Positions 13,697 to 25,017 of a stretch of DNA of 64,000 nucleotides are shown in pieces (the first letter of the stretch is position 1; the number at the start of each line of letters is the position of its first letter). This DNA comes from Catajapyx aquilonaris (lineage: Eukaryota). The stretch spans positions 1 through 64,000 of the forward strand of contig KZ538431.1 in assembly GCA_000934665.2 (NCBI GenBank), written 5' to 3'. The notes below the pieces were generated by a model that did not search any database, was not told the origin of the DNA, and worked only from the letters and a program-made list of their open reading frames with translations. The translations under genes were made by a program, and so were the position numbers.

Positions 13697-13830
13697 AATT
13701 GGATGATCACCAAAAGTTTTCTGTCGAATTTAGTCAGCCTTTGCGTGACATATTCGGTGATTTTTATCTCTCAAATTGTATTGATATTACTGACATACTG
13801 TAATTTCAATTGGATGATCACAAAAAAAAT
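13697..13830. repeat. Degenerate local tandem duplication (period about 111 bp)
   Basis: The 14-mer AATTGGATGATCAC occurs exactly at 13697 and 13808, each followed by an A-run and a later AGCCTT. Confidence 0.45.
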
Positions 13831-14627
13831 TGTGAGCCTTCAACAGCTCTAGCGTACAACTCAATTGCACAGTTTTACAACCAGTCCTACAGTGGTCTTA
13901 CTGTTTGCTCACAAGAATTGCGTCATTGCGCGATGCTTACTGTGTAATGTAAGCATTGTCCAGTATTTCCCCCCAGCTGCTGGTCAGTCAATAACTAATG
14001 AGAAGGACTGCAATTCCTTTCAAAGAAAAAAATGCAAGTATTTATTAAATATTTATATGTCCGAATGACGTGGAGCAGCGATGACCAGAGGCGATGAAAA
14101 TGTGTCAGTCTTGATCAAAAAATCCCTCTGACTTTTGGAGTATAGAGAAGCCAGCAAGCCCCCCCACCGGTTTTTATATACCGACCCTTTTGAATCACCT
14201 GACTATAAAACCTTTCCCCGGGTTTTACAATAGTGAGTCCCCCTGAATCCTGCACTAGGGGTTTTTATTATTTCATCTAGAGAGACGTACACCGCATGAA
14301 ATAATAAAAATGCGAATGCAGCTTATACAACATGAGTAGGCATAATTAAGCACCATTTACTCTTTATGAATTCGTAATGACCCAGATTTCCTGTTCCATT
14401 AACGTATGACGGATGTGCAATCATTAGGGGATAACCTAATGCGAGGATTATCAGTTCGGAGCAACCTGCAGACTTTTTTCCATACATAGGCCTCCGCCCC
14501 TTTTCCCCTCAATTCCCAGCTGATCTGGCATTTCTAACCTATATGCACCTCTCCCCTGTCCAATATTCATTAGGCTGCTGCGTTGTGGTGCATGGGGGGT
14601 ATGAGAGGGGGGGGGGCAGTGGTGAGA

Positions 14628-14683
14628 NNNNNNNNNNNNNNNNNNNNNNNNNNNNNNNNNNNNNNNNNNNNNNNNNNNNNNNN
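14628..14683. other. Assembly gap (56 N)
   Basis: Run of N between G-rich and GA-rich flanks. Confidence 0.99.
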
Positions 14684-15067
14684 GTGAGAGTGGGGGGGGG
14701 GATCGACTGGAAAAAAAATTCAACCAAGGGTTATAGCCATTAAGATAGATGCGTGTTAATGGAAAGGTGAGTTATACACTGGCCGTTTTGGAAGGAATTT
14801 GTAATTTTTAACCCGAGCTATAGTTGATGGTTTTTTTGGAGGGGGTTGCTATAGAGGCAGATGAACACGCCATGTTTAGCACTTTGTCATCTGTTACAGC
14901 TGGGGGGGACAAACATTGCGGTACAGATACTACAGTGTGTATTGGCAACAGTTTTCATTAGATATTATTAAGGCCTGTACTGCTGACATTACAGTGTACA
15001 GAACTATGTATAGGACACTACTGTGTCTACTTGGAAATTGCACAATACCCCAGTTGCAATGATATAA

Positions 15068-15287
15068 TCTTAAATATAACTTATATAAATCGGACAGTTT
15101 GTCCGTATGTATTTGAAGGCTATTTACCACCCTTCCGTACTACTGAGAGTGCTGAAACTTGGCACACCGGCCGATGATTCGCGGAAAAGTCCTAAAACGT
15201 CACTTTGCCCAATTTTTACACGAAATTTGGCTGTAATTTTGCAAGAACTTTATCAATCCCCGTGCTATTGCTGACATATAAGGCTAG
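15068..15287 (+). mobile_element. Non-autonomous Helitron-like dispersed repeat, copy 1
   Basis: 15089-15240 is colinear with 56484-56630 (AGTTTGT.CGTATGT, ACTACT, GCTGAAACTT, TGATTC, GGAAAAGTCC.AAAAC). It begins A|TC followed by an AT-rich stretch and has CTAG at 15284-15287 after a degenerate CCCGTGC motif, which matches Helitron TC...CTRR termini. The family assignment is inference. Confidence 0.55.
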
Positions 15288-17907
15288 CAGTTGTTTTAAC
15301 AAGTTCAGCAATTGATGCTCTTTAAAACCATGTACAGGTGATTCTTCTAACAAAAAAAAAGCAGTTGGGGTAATAAGGTTTCAGCAGGTTTCAGGGGGAA
15401 GAAAGTACGAGTCACGAACCAAATCGGGTGATAAACTGGTTAGTATCCCAGGAAGTTTCCAGGGTCGGCAGATGGACACAGCAGCTTCCTAAAGTTAGAA
15501 CCCAGGCTGGACAGCATTTGCACAGATTCTAATACAAAGCGAAAAGGAAAAGGGGAGGAGACGGAGATCTCAATGACGCTATTTCCAGGAGGGGAGCGCA
15601 GGAGAGCAATATCTATTTCGTCGGAGGTCCCCCCCCAAAAAAACAGGAAAAAAGTTCGCCTTCATTTTTTTTTTGTCTTTGAAGCCCAATACATTGCCAA
15701 CCTCTTACAGTATACCTTTCGGTGTGGCGGAGTAAATTCTAGTTTATAGAAAAGCAAAGTGTAGGTGGGAAGGGTGGGCCCGGGCCCCATAAAGTTGGAG
15801 TTGTAGTGACGCGGTCGAAAAAGCAGGAAGGAAAATTTTCCCAAACTCGCCTTCCATTTCCAGGGGACGCCATGAGAGAGTCAATACTGTTTCCTTGTCG
15901 CTGCAATTTTATCATTTTATTTTTCGTCCTTGCTGTAAAGTTCAATAAAATTGTGACAGCACGCACCCCCCCCCCTCCCTCCCTCTCTCTCTTTCCTTCA
16001 CTTCTCTTCCCCTCCACCAGGTTTTTACCGCCAAAAAGAAGCTAATTCTCCATGGAGTCGGAGCCAACTTTTCAATGTTATATAGCAGATGTCACATTAA
16101 CCTCGTAATCTTCCGTCTTGTACGGAGAAAAGAGAGACAGAAGAGAGAGAAAGAGAAAAGCAGAGGACTGGAGACTCGGACTCCTATAAAGAAAGAGGAA
16201 AAAGCCAGTCCAGACAAAAAAAAAAGAGAGGAGGAGAAGAGGCAGAAATAATCCTTGGAAGAAGCAGGCCTTATAAATGTGTTAGAAGGATTTTGCACTC
16301 TTTGCGGAATTTTTTTCTGCTTCTTCTTCTTCTTTCAAAGTGATTAGAAAATGGGAAACACTTGACAAGGCGTTTACCGTTCTCTAGAATTATTTAGTAA
16401 GTAGACTTGGCAGCTTACGAATGGACCTGGCTTTTTGCACCACGGCACATCTCACAGTTCTATATATATTTTTAAAATGTTCTTCAGAAGTTAAGTTGAT
16501 CTTGACTTCCAATTTATTGAAGAGGTCGATTTTCATTGTATACAATCTGCATGGTGGTGCAGTGATTATTCCATCGTTTGCTATACAGCAGCAACCTGCG
16601 GCTTTTACATCATCATGTTGCAGATAATGCAAGTTGATCTCTTTGGTAATCCCATGTGTAGTGCAAACTACGATTGAATATGAACTTTTTGTATTAACAG
16701 TGTGAGAAAATGCTGGCATCCTGGGACTAAATACCACACGTATGAGCGAGTGGCGATAAAAACTTGCACATCTAAATACATGCTGGGGAAGGTTGAGACT
16801 CCCAAATGAAACGGGACGAATTGAAGCATGAATGGCTGAAATTGAGATTAGAGCTTGAGATTACAGATTCCCCGGGGAGTGGCCACCGAGTGTGCTTATA
16901 TAATGTGATATACAGTGGTCCGCTGGGTATATCCAGGTATGAAATCCTTGAAATCCGAGAGCAGCACCTTTCGGCATCCCACGCTCCAAAAAGCGGGAAA
17001 ATGAGGCAAGGACTGAGAGGGTTTTCTGAAAAAAGAAAAAGGATGTTGCTGGGGAGGGGGATATATAGAGGAAGGAAAAGCTGGTCGGTGACACATGTAC
17101 TTAGAGACAGGCCAGGAAGTTAAGCACCCGGGGACCCCCAAAGTGGACCTTGCGGCTAATCCGGCCCGGAGTCACACGCAGTCGGAAAGCAATAGGCTTA
17201 ATATTTACTCTGATCTTGGCGGGGTGGTGGTGTTGCCCCACTGCATTTCATTAGATATCCTCGACGAGCTAAAAGGGAATTTACGAGGGCCAGCGAATCC
17301 CAGAAGGCTCCAAGTCAGGAGATCTGAGTTTCGTGCGGCCGCATTGATAATTACCATCCTGGAGTTCCGCAGCCGGGGTAATATCCCGTAATGTATGATG
17401 CACGGGATCTGTTTATGTAGTCAGGCATTACTGCTATAAAGTTGTAATTAGAGAAGGTGTGGGAAAAACCACTCTTATAATGAAGAGCAGGGTGGGACCT
17501 GGCCTACGATATCATCATTCTCAAAGGTGGTACGGTAATCATTATGATACCGTAAACGGCCAAATTGGGAACGCGTGTAATGGGTGTGGCAGAGTTATGG
17601 ACCCGCCTAATTTATTTCCGTCGTATAAATCTCTCGATACTTGAACTTGTGATTCATTGTTACCGCCGCTATAGTCGTCGTCTCCCTTACCCCTTATGTA
17701 TCGTGCATATATATACACACCCGCCTCTGCAAGCCTTTGCTTGGTTGTGCTCATAGGCTATACACACACGTGTAACCTGCAATTAGCCCCAAGTGTCCAT
17801 TACGCAACAGTTACGCAACTCTTTTTGCGTCGAAACTTGCGGCGCTCCTCTCGAGTAACTGTGACGCAAACAGAACTTTCTGCGGCCAAAAGTCCGGAAA
17901 TTTTTTT

Positions 17908-18147
17908 TCGAGTGTTTTCCACTCTATTTGAGTGATTTTCACACTTTCTTCCACTTGATTTAGGTGATTTCCACTCGTTTTTCCCCTTGATTTGAGTGGT
18001 ATCCACTTTCGTCCAGTTGATTTGAGTGATTTTCCCTCTTTCTTCCACTTGATTTGAGTAATTTCCACTATTTTTTTTACTTGATTTTAATTCCATTATT
18101 TTATATGGAAAAGCACTCGATCACCTGAGTGAAAAATTGTCACTCAG
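17908..18147. repeat. Minisatellite (about 5.5 x 30-32 bp) bounded by an inverted repeat and followed by a short hairpin
   Basis: Unit of roughly TTCCACTTGATTTGAGTGATTTCCACTNTTT from 17917 to about 18094. TCGAGTGTTTTCCA (17908-17921) pairs with TGGAAAAGCACTCGA (18106-18120). Hairpin CTGAGTGA-AAAATTG-TCACTCAG at 18125-18147. Confidence 0.8.
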
Positions 18148-20624
18148 AATGATATATCTAACTGTAGTGCAAAAATTTTTTAAAAAAATTCTGACGACAA
18201 ATCCACCAAAGTCATTTATTTGAGAATTCATATCAAAAGACGTCCCCCTTCCCTATACATAGGCAAATCGGATGAATATAAGTAGGCCAAGAGTGCGTCA
18301 AACACGCCCAATTCAATTACACTCCAAGTCAGACTTTCTCCCCCCAATTGAAAATTCCCGATAGGAAATCCAGAGTGCCCAAAGGTGTCTGGCACACATG
18401 GTGAGGGGTGGTGGAGACAACCCACCCACATCATAAAATGGCCGTCTCTCCCGATAAGCGCCCGGCTTATTTATTGTGCGGGACCGTCCCCAAGAGCCTT
18501 GTGCATTATTCCGGGGGACCCTGCATCAAAGCATTTCATCAGTAACTCTCGACGGAGGAGCCGCCGGCACCACCAGGCTGCTGCTGGCTGCTACAGGGTG
18601 GTTTTTTTTATAGAGAGGGGGGGAGGGGGGTGGTCCCAACCCGCTCTCCGAGAGAGAGAGTGTGTGGGGACACAGGCTTTTTAGCAACCAGCCAGGTCCC
18701 GGATAGTTGGGGGGCAGGATGGGAGGGGGTATATAGGGAGGGTAGGGGGGAAAGAAGAACGACTCCGGGACTTGGTCTGGTGCTGGTGCTACGCCCAAAG
18801 GTTGTGCAATGAGCATGCCTGTCGGGGGTAATTGGCACCTTCTCTGTTGGACGGGGGTCCCAGGAGGGGGGCTCGGGGGGGCCGTGGGGGCCGTCACTCC
18901 GCACCGCCACCTATCAACTTCACCGAATCATAACTCGCACTAATGCAATAGATGCTGCAGGAGAGCATGAATGTTTGATGAGGTGCGCCGGCCCTACCCT
19001 GTCAGGGGACGAGACGGAAGGGAATGTGAGTGGGAGGGTTGGGGGAGGGAGGGCGAAAAGGGGGGGATAGGAGGGGGTGAGTATGGGGATGCCAAGAGAG
19101 GAGGAGGAGGAGGAGGAAGAGACGTCATTGGTATAGGGTTGGGATGACTTTACATATAGTCCCTTTCCTCGATGGTGGAGTCGGATGAAGATATCTTGCC
19201 TGCTGCTGGATAGGTTACCTGGAAATGGACAAGTTGACTCTCAGACATTTTGCGAGTTGATGAATAAACAGGTGTACATCATATTATATAGACTTATAGA
19301 GGAATGAACATGTTCACTCTTTTTCGAGGTGTTTTTTATACAACATCTGGTAGAGGTTTGTTGCGATAATTGCGAATTCAATAAACAGCAGGCGGAAAAC
19401 TTACGAGGCTACAGTGTACAGATCAACACTAATACAAGACACGAAAACAGAGGAGGGTAAAACTGGGTCAGGGACACGGGTACGTCGTACAATTGAAACT
19501 AGGCCAATTTAAATACCTGAAATGACAAAACCACAAATTGATGACTTATAGGGTATGTCAATAAGGAAAGGAAGTTCCTAAGAAAACATTTTTAAGGCCA
19601 GTAATCGTAATTTTGCAGAAATATTTTCAAGTCAGTTGCGCTAAATAGATCTCTTATGCGATATTCTCAGCAGTAGCAATGGCATGGTTGTTTTTTCCGA
19701 CAGGGATAGTAATTAACGTATGATAATTTCGTTTTTATGTAGACCATATTGTTTATTACAAAAACGTGACATTTTTTCAGCGGAAGGCGCATGATTTTTG
19801 CACACAGCTTGCATGTTGAGCCGGCAATGACTATTTAGCAAACATATTACGATGATAAACCACTGTTGCTGTGAAACTAATTTTGAACAAGGGAATGACG
19901 TGCGAGACAAAATCTGTCATGTTAAGTGACAGTATTGATCATGCCCTGTGGTTGTGAAGGCCTCACAAGATAGGACATAATAATACGTACAATGTAGATA
20001 GGAGACATGCTCAAGACGAGGGCATGTTTCTTCTTTGTATTTTTACGATAATATAATTATAAGTTTCATGCAGCAGTGTAATAGGCTACAGTATAGGCCT
20101 AGTCGGTCATCGGCGCATTCACATTATTTGGAACTTATGGAGTAAATATAGCATCCGACAATAAATTATTCGAAATCTTTCGGGTGACTTTCTTATTATT
20201 AAAGGAAATTGAGGTTGCGGCCATAGCACAGGAATACGACTTCGAACGGTTCTGGTGAAATATATTCTCTCCAAAAGTCCTAATTTTGTCGATATGTGGA
20301 TGCATCTTAATTCCTCACTTTCATTCAGGAAAAAAACACAAAACATGTTCAATTAAAAAGAACAACAATGCTCCCTCAGTGATTTCGCAACATTTTGAAA
20401 GATAGTGCAGGTTTTTAATTGCATGTTAATCACATGCAATAACTGTTGAACTTTAAAAGCTTATTCATGCTATATTGCGAAAGAAAAGTTGCAGTATATC
20501 CAGTGATTTTGACTAAGAATGCTACAAAACGGTCCGCGAAAAAAATCTTACCTTCTCTAGGATTTTGTCCCAAGTTATTGCGAAGTCGCTTTCGCTAAAA
20601 ATGTGCTAGAAAATGTTTACAATC

Positions 20625-20742
20625 AATGGGTTGAATTTTCATCCCACTGATATAGTTACTTCTAATAACTTAGAAGTACCATTGCCAACACTGCTAAGTT
20701 AGCATTAACTAGCAGTGAGACGAAAATTCCACCCAATGTTTT
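20625..20742 (-). mobile_element. Foldback/MITE family A, copy 1 (opposite orientation to the copy at 36108)
   Basis: Imperfect arms of about 50 bp. Its reverse complement aligns end to end with 36111-36230 (TGGGTGGAATTTT.GTC.CACTGCTAGTTA.TGCT.A.TTAGCAGT). Confidence 0.75.
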
Positions 20743-23700
20743 CTGGAGACTTTCTCTACACTGATACTTTTGTAGCGGATGGTTTAGTTTATTACTGATA
20801 TTTACGTGAATTCAATTTCATTACTTTTTCATAATTTGCATGCAATTACTGCCTATTTTGCGAGGCAGGTCTGAGCTGTTTACCTTATGGCAGCATCTTA
20901 AGTATAGAGCCTGCTACATATACATGCACGTGGAGAATAATATTTATCAAGGATCCCCTCCCAGACCTCAAATCAAAGCGAAAAAGAGAGCAGTTTGCGA
21001 TGGGAGTGCTTTACAAGTCGAGCAGGTGATGAAAGATAGACCAGAGGAGAAGTTTGCTGGGGGGTTTTTTTATTCGAAAGGCCCGGTTTCCCCCCCTCTG
21101 CGTATACACCACGATGCAACTGAGGAGGAGAGAGGGTCCCCCTGCTGCTCTCAGAGACTGCTAGCACAAGTTAGTGTAAGGTTTGCGAAAGAGGGCTTGT
21201 GCATAATCTAGGGCGCCCACCAGTGGCAGGCAGACGAGGGATTGGCACTCTTTTGAAGCGCCAGTCAAGTCATCTCCCCTAACAAGCCAGGTCCTCAGAA
21301 AAGTATATGTACGATGGCGGCATGGAGACCTCTCCTAGTCCCCGGCTCATTTGTACCGCGGTTCATGCATGGCTAGAGTCCATTCCGAACACATTGAATG
21401 ATTTATAAGACCGACAAGGTGCGATATGTTTGGGAAGTGTGAACAGGAAGGTCGCTTGGCTTAATAATACATGTGTGGTCCTCAAATCTTCCCTAAGGTT
21501 TGCTGCCATTTGGATCCCATACGTGGGACCCACTAGACTAGTAGGGACTCGGGTTTCAACCACTGCTCTATAATTCACACGGGACACTGCTTATTCTAAT
21601 TCCGTTAATTAGAGAGGAAGCAAAGGGGGACCCCCCCCCCTCTCCCCAAGATGCACGGCCTACAAGCCGACTGTAAACTAAGGCCCGGGCTTTTCTCCAC
21701 ATTCAAGCCCTGCCTTGCCTTTATCCTCCTTCCCGATCAAAGCTGGTAAATACGGAGAGTAAAGGTGGTGCCCTCTCGCTTCCTTAACCCAGCCTTTCTC
21801 TAGCTCTTTATCCCTCCCCTCTCGACCTTATTCCCTTTGATTGAGACGCTTTGAGAGGCCCAGGCCTGCTGTATGCCTACCCAAGGATTCAGGAGAGCTG
21901 GCCACTTGCAGTAGATGCTATGCCCTATACAACCTTGGACAATAATTGTTATTATTCCTGAAACCAAACTTCTGCAAATATGCAGCAGGGAGTGTATAAG
22001 CAGGCAGGGTGGATCAAGGGTGCTTTAGTGCGAGTTTGCTTTGGATAACAAATGCAAATCTCACCATTATTATCTTCTCAGATTCTGCGCTTTTCTCGGG
22101 CTAACTTTGGGGCTCCCTTCCCCAGTGGAGCTGATGGAGCGGTCGCTTATTGCATCGTATTTACTGAGTGTAAACTTGCTTGGCTCAAAAGCGGATGAGG
22201 GAGATTTTTTGGGGGGGAATCATGTGGAGTTATGCATGCACATGTGGAGTATCAGGAAGGCATACACTGGATTACATATATTTGCTGAATCCACAAGCGG
22301 CGTGGGTTACAGCAGAATTTTCCGAATTATTTTGATGGTGTTCGTTTCGAGCAAACTCTCTGCACACTTTACCGCTGATGAAATAATTTCTGTAGACCAT
22401 GTTAATAATCTTTATACCCTTCTAGGGCATTGGGAATTAAGGCTCGAAAGGGAATTACATTACCAAGAAAAAGATTCATTTTATTCATGAAATACTTAGC
22501 TATAACTTAATTCAAAAAATGCGTATAGGCCTAATTATGAAATGTACTAAAAGCTGGAATCTTTCTCCTACACTGTGCCAATTTTTTATAAGACTATAAT
22601 GCACCATTTCATCAAGTTCCGTTTTCCAGAGCAGCAAAACCACCTTATGTATTATTTTTCATACCATCCCCCTTTTTTGTAGCTTTCAACCTCTTCAATT
22701 GTGAAACTAACAACTTCCTGTGCTCTCTTCCAATCATCCTCCACCGCATGTTGTCTGCTGTGCAAATTGGAACACTGGTCCAAACGTATCCTGTGTTGTG
22801 TACATATAATAATTATGCAGCGGCGCGTTACAGGTGAATGAACACGCTCGAGGGAAATAGGTTCAGTTGCCAGATTTGACATTCTCCGATCTCCCACGAA
22901 AATAATAATTTGAACGTATCAATCGAGTGGGGCTGCTCATCTGGATAATTTTTTAAACAAAATTTGTTGAAACCGCGGCAATCACAAAGTACATTAGCTG
23001 TAAAACATGAGGCTGTTATATCAGCTTGTGATAAGTTAATATCTGTACAGCGTGTATGTGTTATGAATACCTGAGTATGTGGATATGCCCCTCACTCTGA
23101 TGTTTGCTTTAAGAACTATTCCTAAAAATTGTCAAAAAAATATTATTACCCGGTTTCCCCCCCGAAAAAAAAATGTTCTGCCTTGTCGAGTTCAGCTCGT
23201 CAAAGCATCTCCCTTCCCCTTTGCAATAAATTAGGTTTCCATCAGAAGTTTATAATAGATTCCTTATATTCCTAATTAAGTTTGACATGTGCGACATTAA
23301 GCTGGCTTTGGTTAATGCTAATGTCCATTTTCCCTATCTCGGGCATCTCCTCCCTCTTTTTCCATCCCCCAACTGGAAAAACCTCCCATATTATATATCT
23401 GAGCCCTGCTGCCTGGGTATTCTGGACGCGAGCTGAGTCATGTTAAGTTGACTGACAGCCGCAGGAATAAAGCTTTTATTGCTCATAAAAGAAGCAGCGA
23501 AAGATGAAAATGACATGAGTAGATGGGTCGGAACCGTCCCTTCACCGGCGGGTATTTATGTGATTACCTCCTATGCTATTCTATAAATTGTTTTAGCCGG
23601 GCTCCGAGTTGCGACTGAATGGTTGATTCAGCCAGAAATGGCGACGAGATTGGCGAATCAGAGGCGGCGCGATTAATCGCTCCATTATTTAAGGCGCGTG

Positions 23701-24961
23701 AACGAAGTCAAGCGAGGGATGCCACCCAAGAATTCTAAAAAAGGCTAGGGGGATGCCTCTCGCCCTTTTTTTTATGTGTGTGTATATAACCTGCCACAGA
23801 ATATTTTTTTGGGGGGGAGTCACTTGTATGAATCAGCAATATTTGATTTTCTGTGTATTCTGCATACCTGGACGGTCCGCCAATAAATTTGCGACTATTC
23901 CCACGGACATAGCTATTAGCTGCACTATAGGGAGGTGCCCCTCATGCATTTTCCCACGATGCGCTTGTTTATTTTTCTCATCGAGGCGTAAGGGAACAGA
24001 AAGGCTAGGGGTGGAAAAATGAGTTGGGGGGGTTTGAGTTGAAAAAAAAGCGAGTTTTCTCTTGCAATGTTGACCTAATCTTATTATCCCGCTGACAACC
24101 GTTTGCGTGCTGGCACAGGATAAAATATTCAGGAGTTCACATTCGCTGTCCGACCTTTGCTCCATTAGCACGCCGCCGTAACTCGGGAACAAAACACGAC
24201 GAGGAAAAAAAAGAAGAAAAGAAAGAAAGAGGAGGAAAAACGGAAGAAGAAGAAAGAAAAAAAAGACGTTATTCCGACGCTCATTTGAGGAACAGCGAAG
24301 AATTGCATGACAACGAGACAGAGGGAATGGGAATCCGGCGGGAAAATAGCAGCCAAGGAGGAAATAAATGGACGCCCGCTCTTTGCGACAACTATAAAAC
24401 TTGTTCCTATTGCCCCCGGTTTCAATTCTACGGCTGTAGAGGTGTTAGGTTTTACAAAAAAAAAAAAAACAGTAGAGTAGGGACGAAAAAGGTGTGAGAG
24501 AGAAAATTAACGTCGGATTTGTCTGGAAAATGGTGTCGAAGGGTGATGATATTTATTCATGAATCTTCAGGGGAAACACACGCCCACTTTTATTGGTGTT
24601 TGCCAAACGGGGTAGTAACCTATTTGATGTCTCTATAAGGTGATATGGCCGGAGTTTCAATTATTCCTCTGTGCAAATATTAAGCCAATGTACAATAAGG
24701 AGAGGCTTCCTTGTTATATGAACTATGCACACTTCAGTTGTGTTGCGAAATAATGTATCCGGCTTTTCTGGCGTGCGAGAGGGACACTTCCAGCTGGGGG
24801 TCTTTAAATATTCAAAGGGTGATTAAGTGCATCCTGTACAGTCTCATGTAACGTTCCAATATAATTATCGCGACGCAATTTAAAAGTAGTTTATTATTGA
24901 AGCAGACATTGTCTTTCTTCGGATTATATAATCCGGTTAGAAAACTTTGCTGTTGGTGTAC

Positions 24962-25017
24962 GACGATTTTGCATTGAAACCACTATGCAAAATCGTCTCC
25001 ATCTTTTTGATCGATAT
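24962..25017 (+). repeat. Foldback family B, copy 1
   Basis: Perfect 13-bp stem GACGATTTTGCAT/ATGCAAAATCGTC with a 10-nt loop. Colinear with 37696-37750. Confidence 0.7.
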
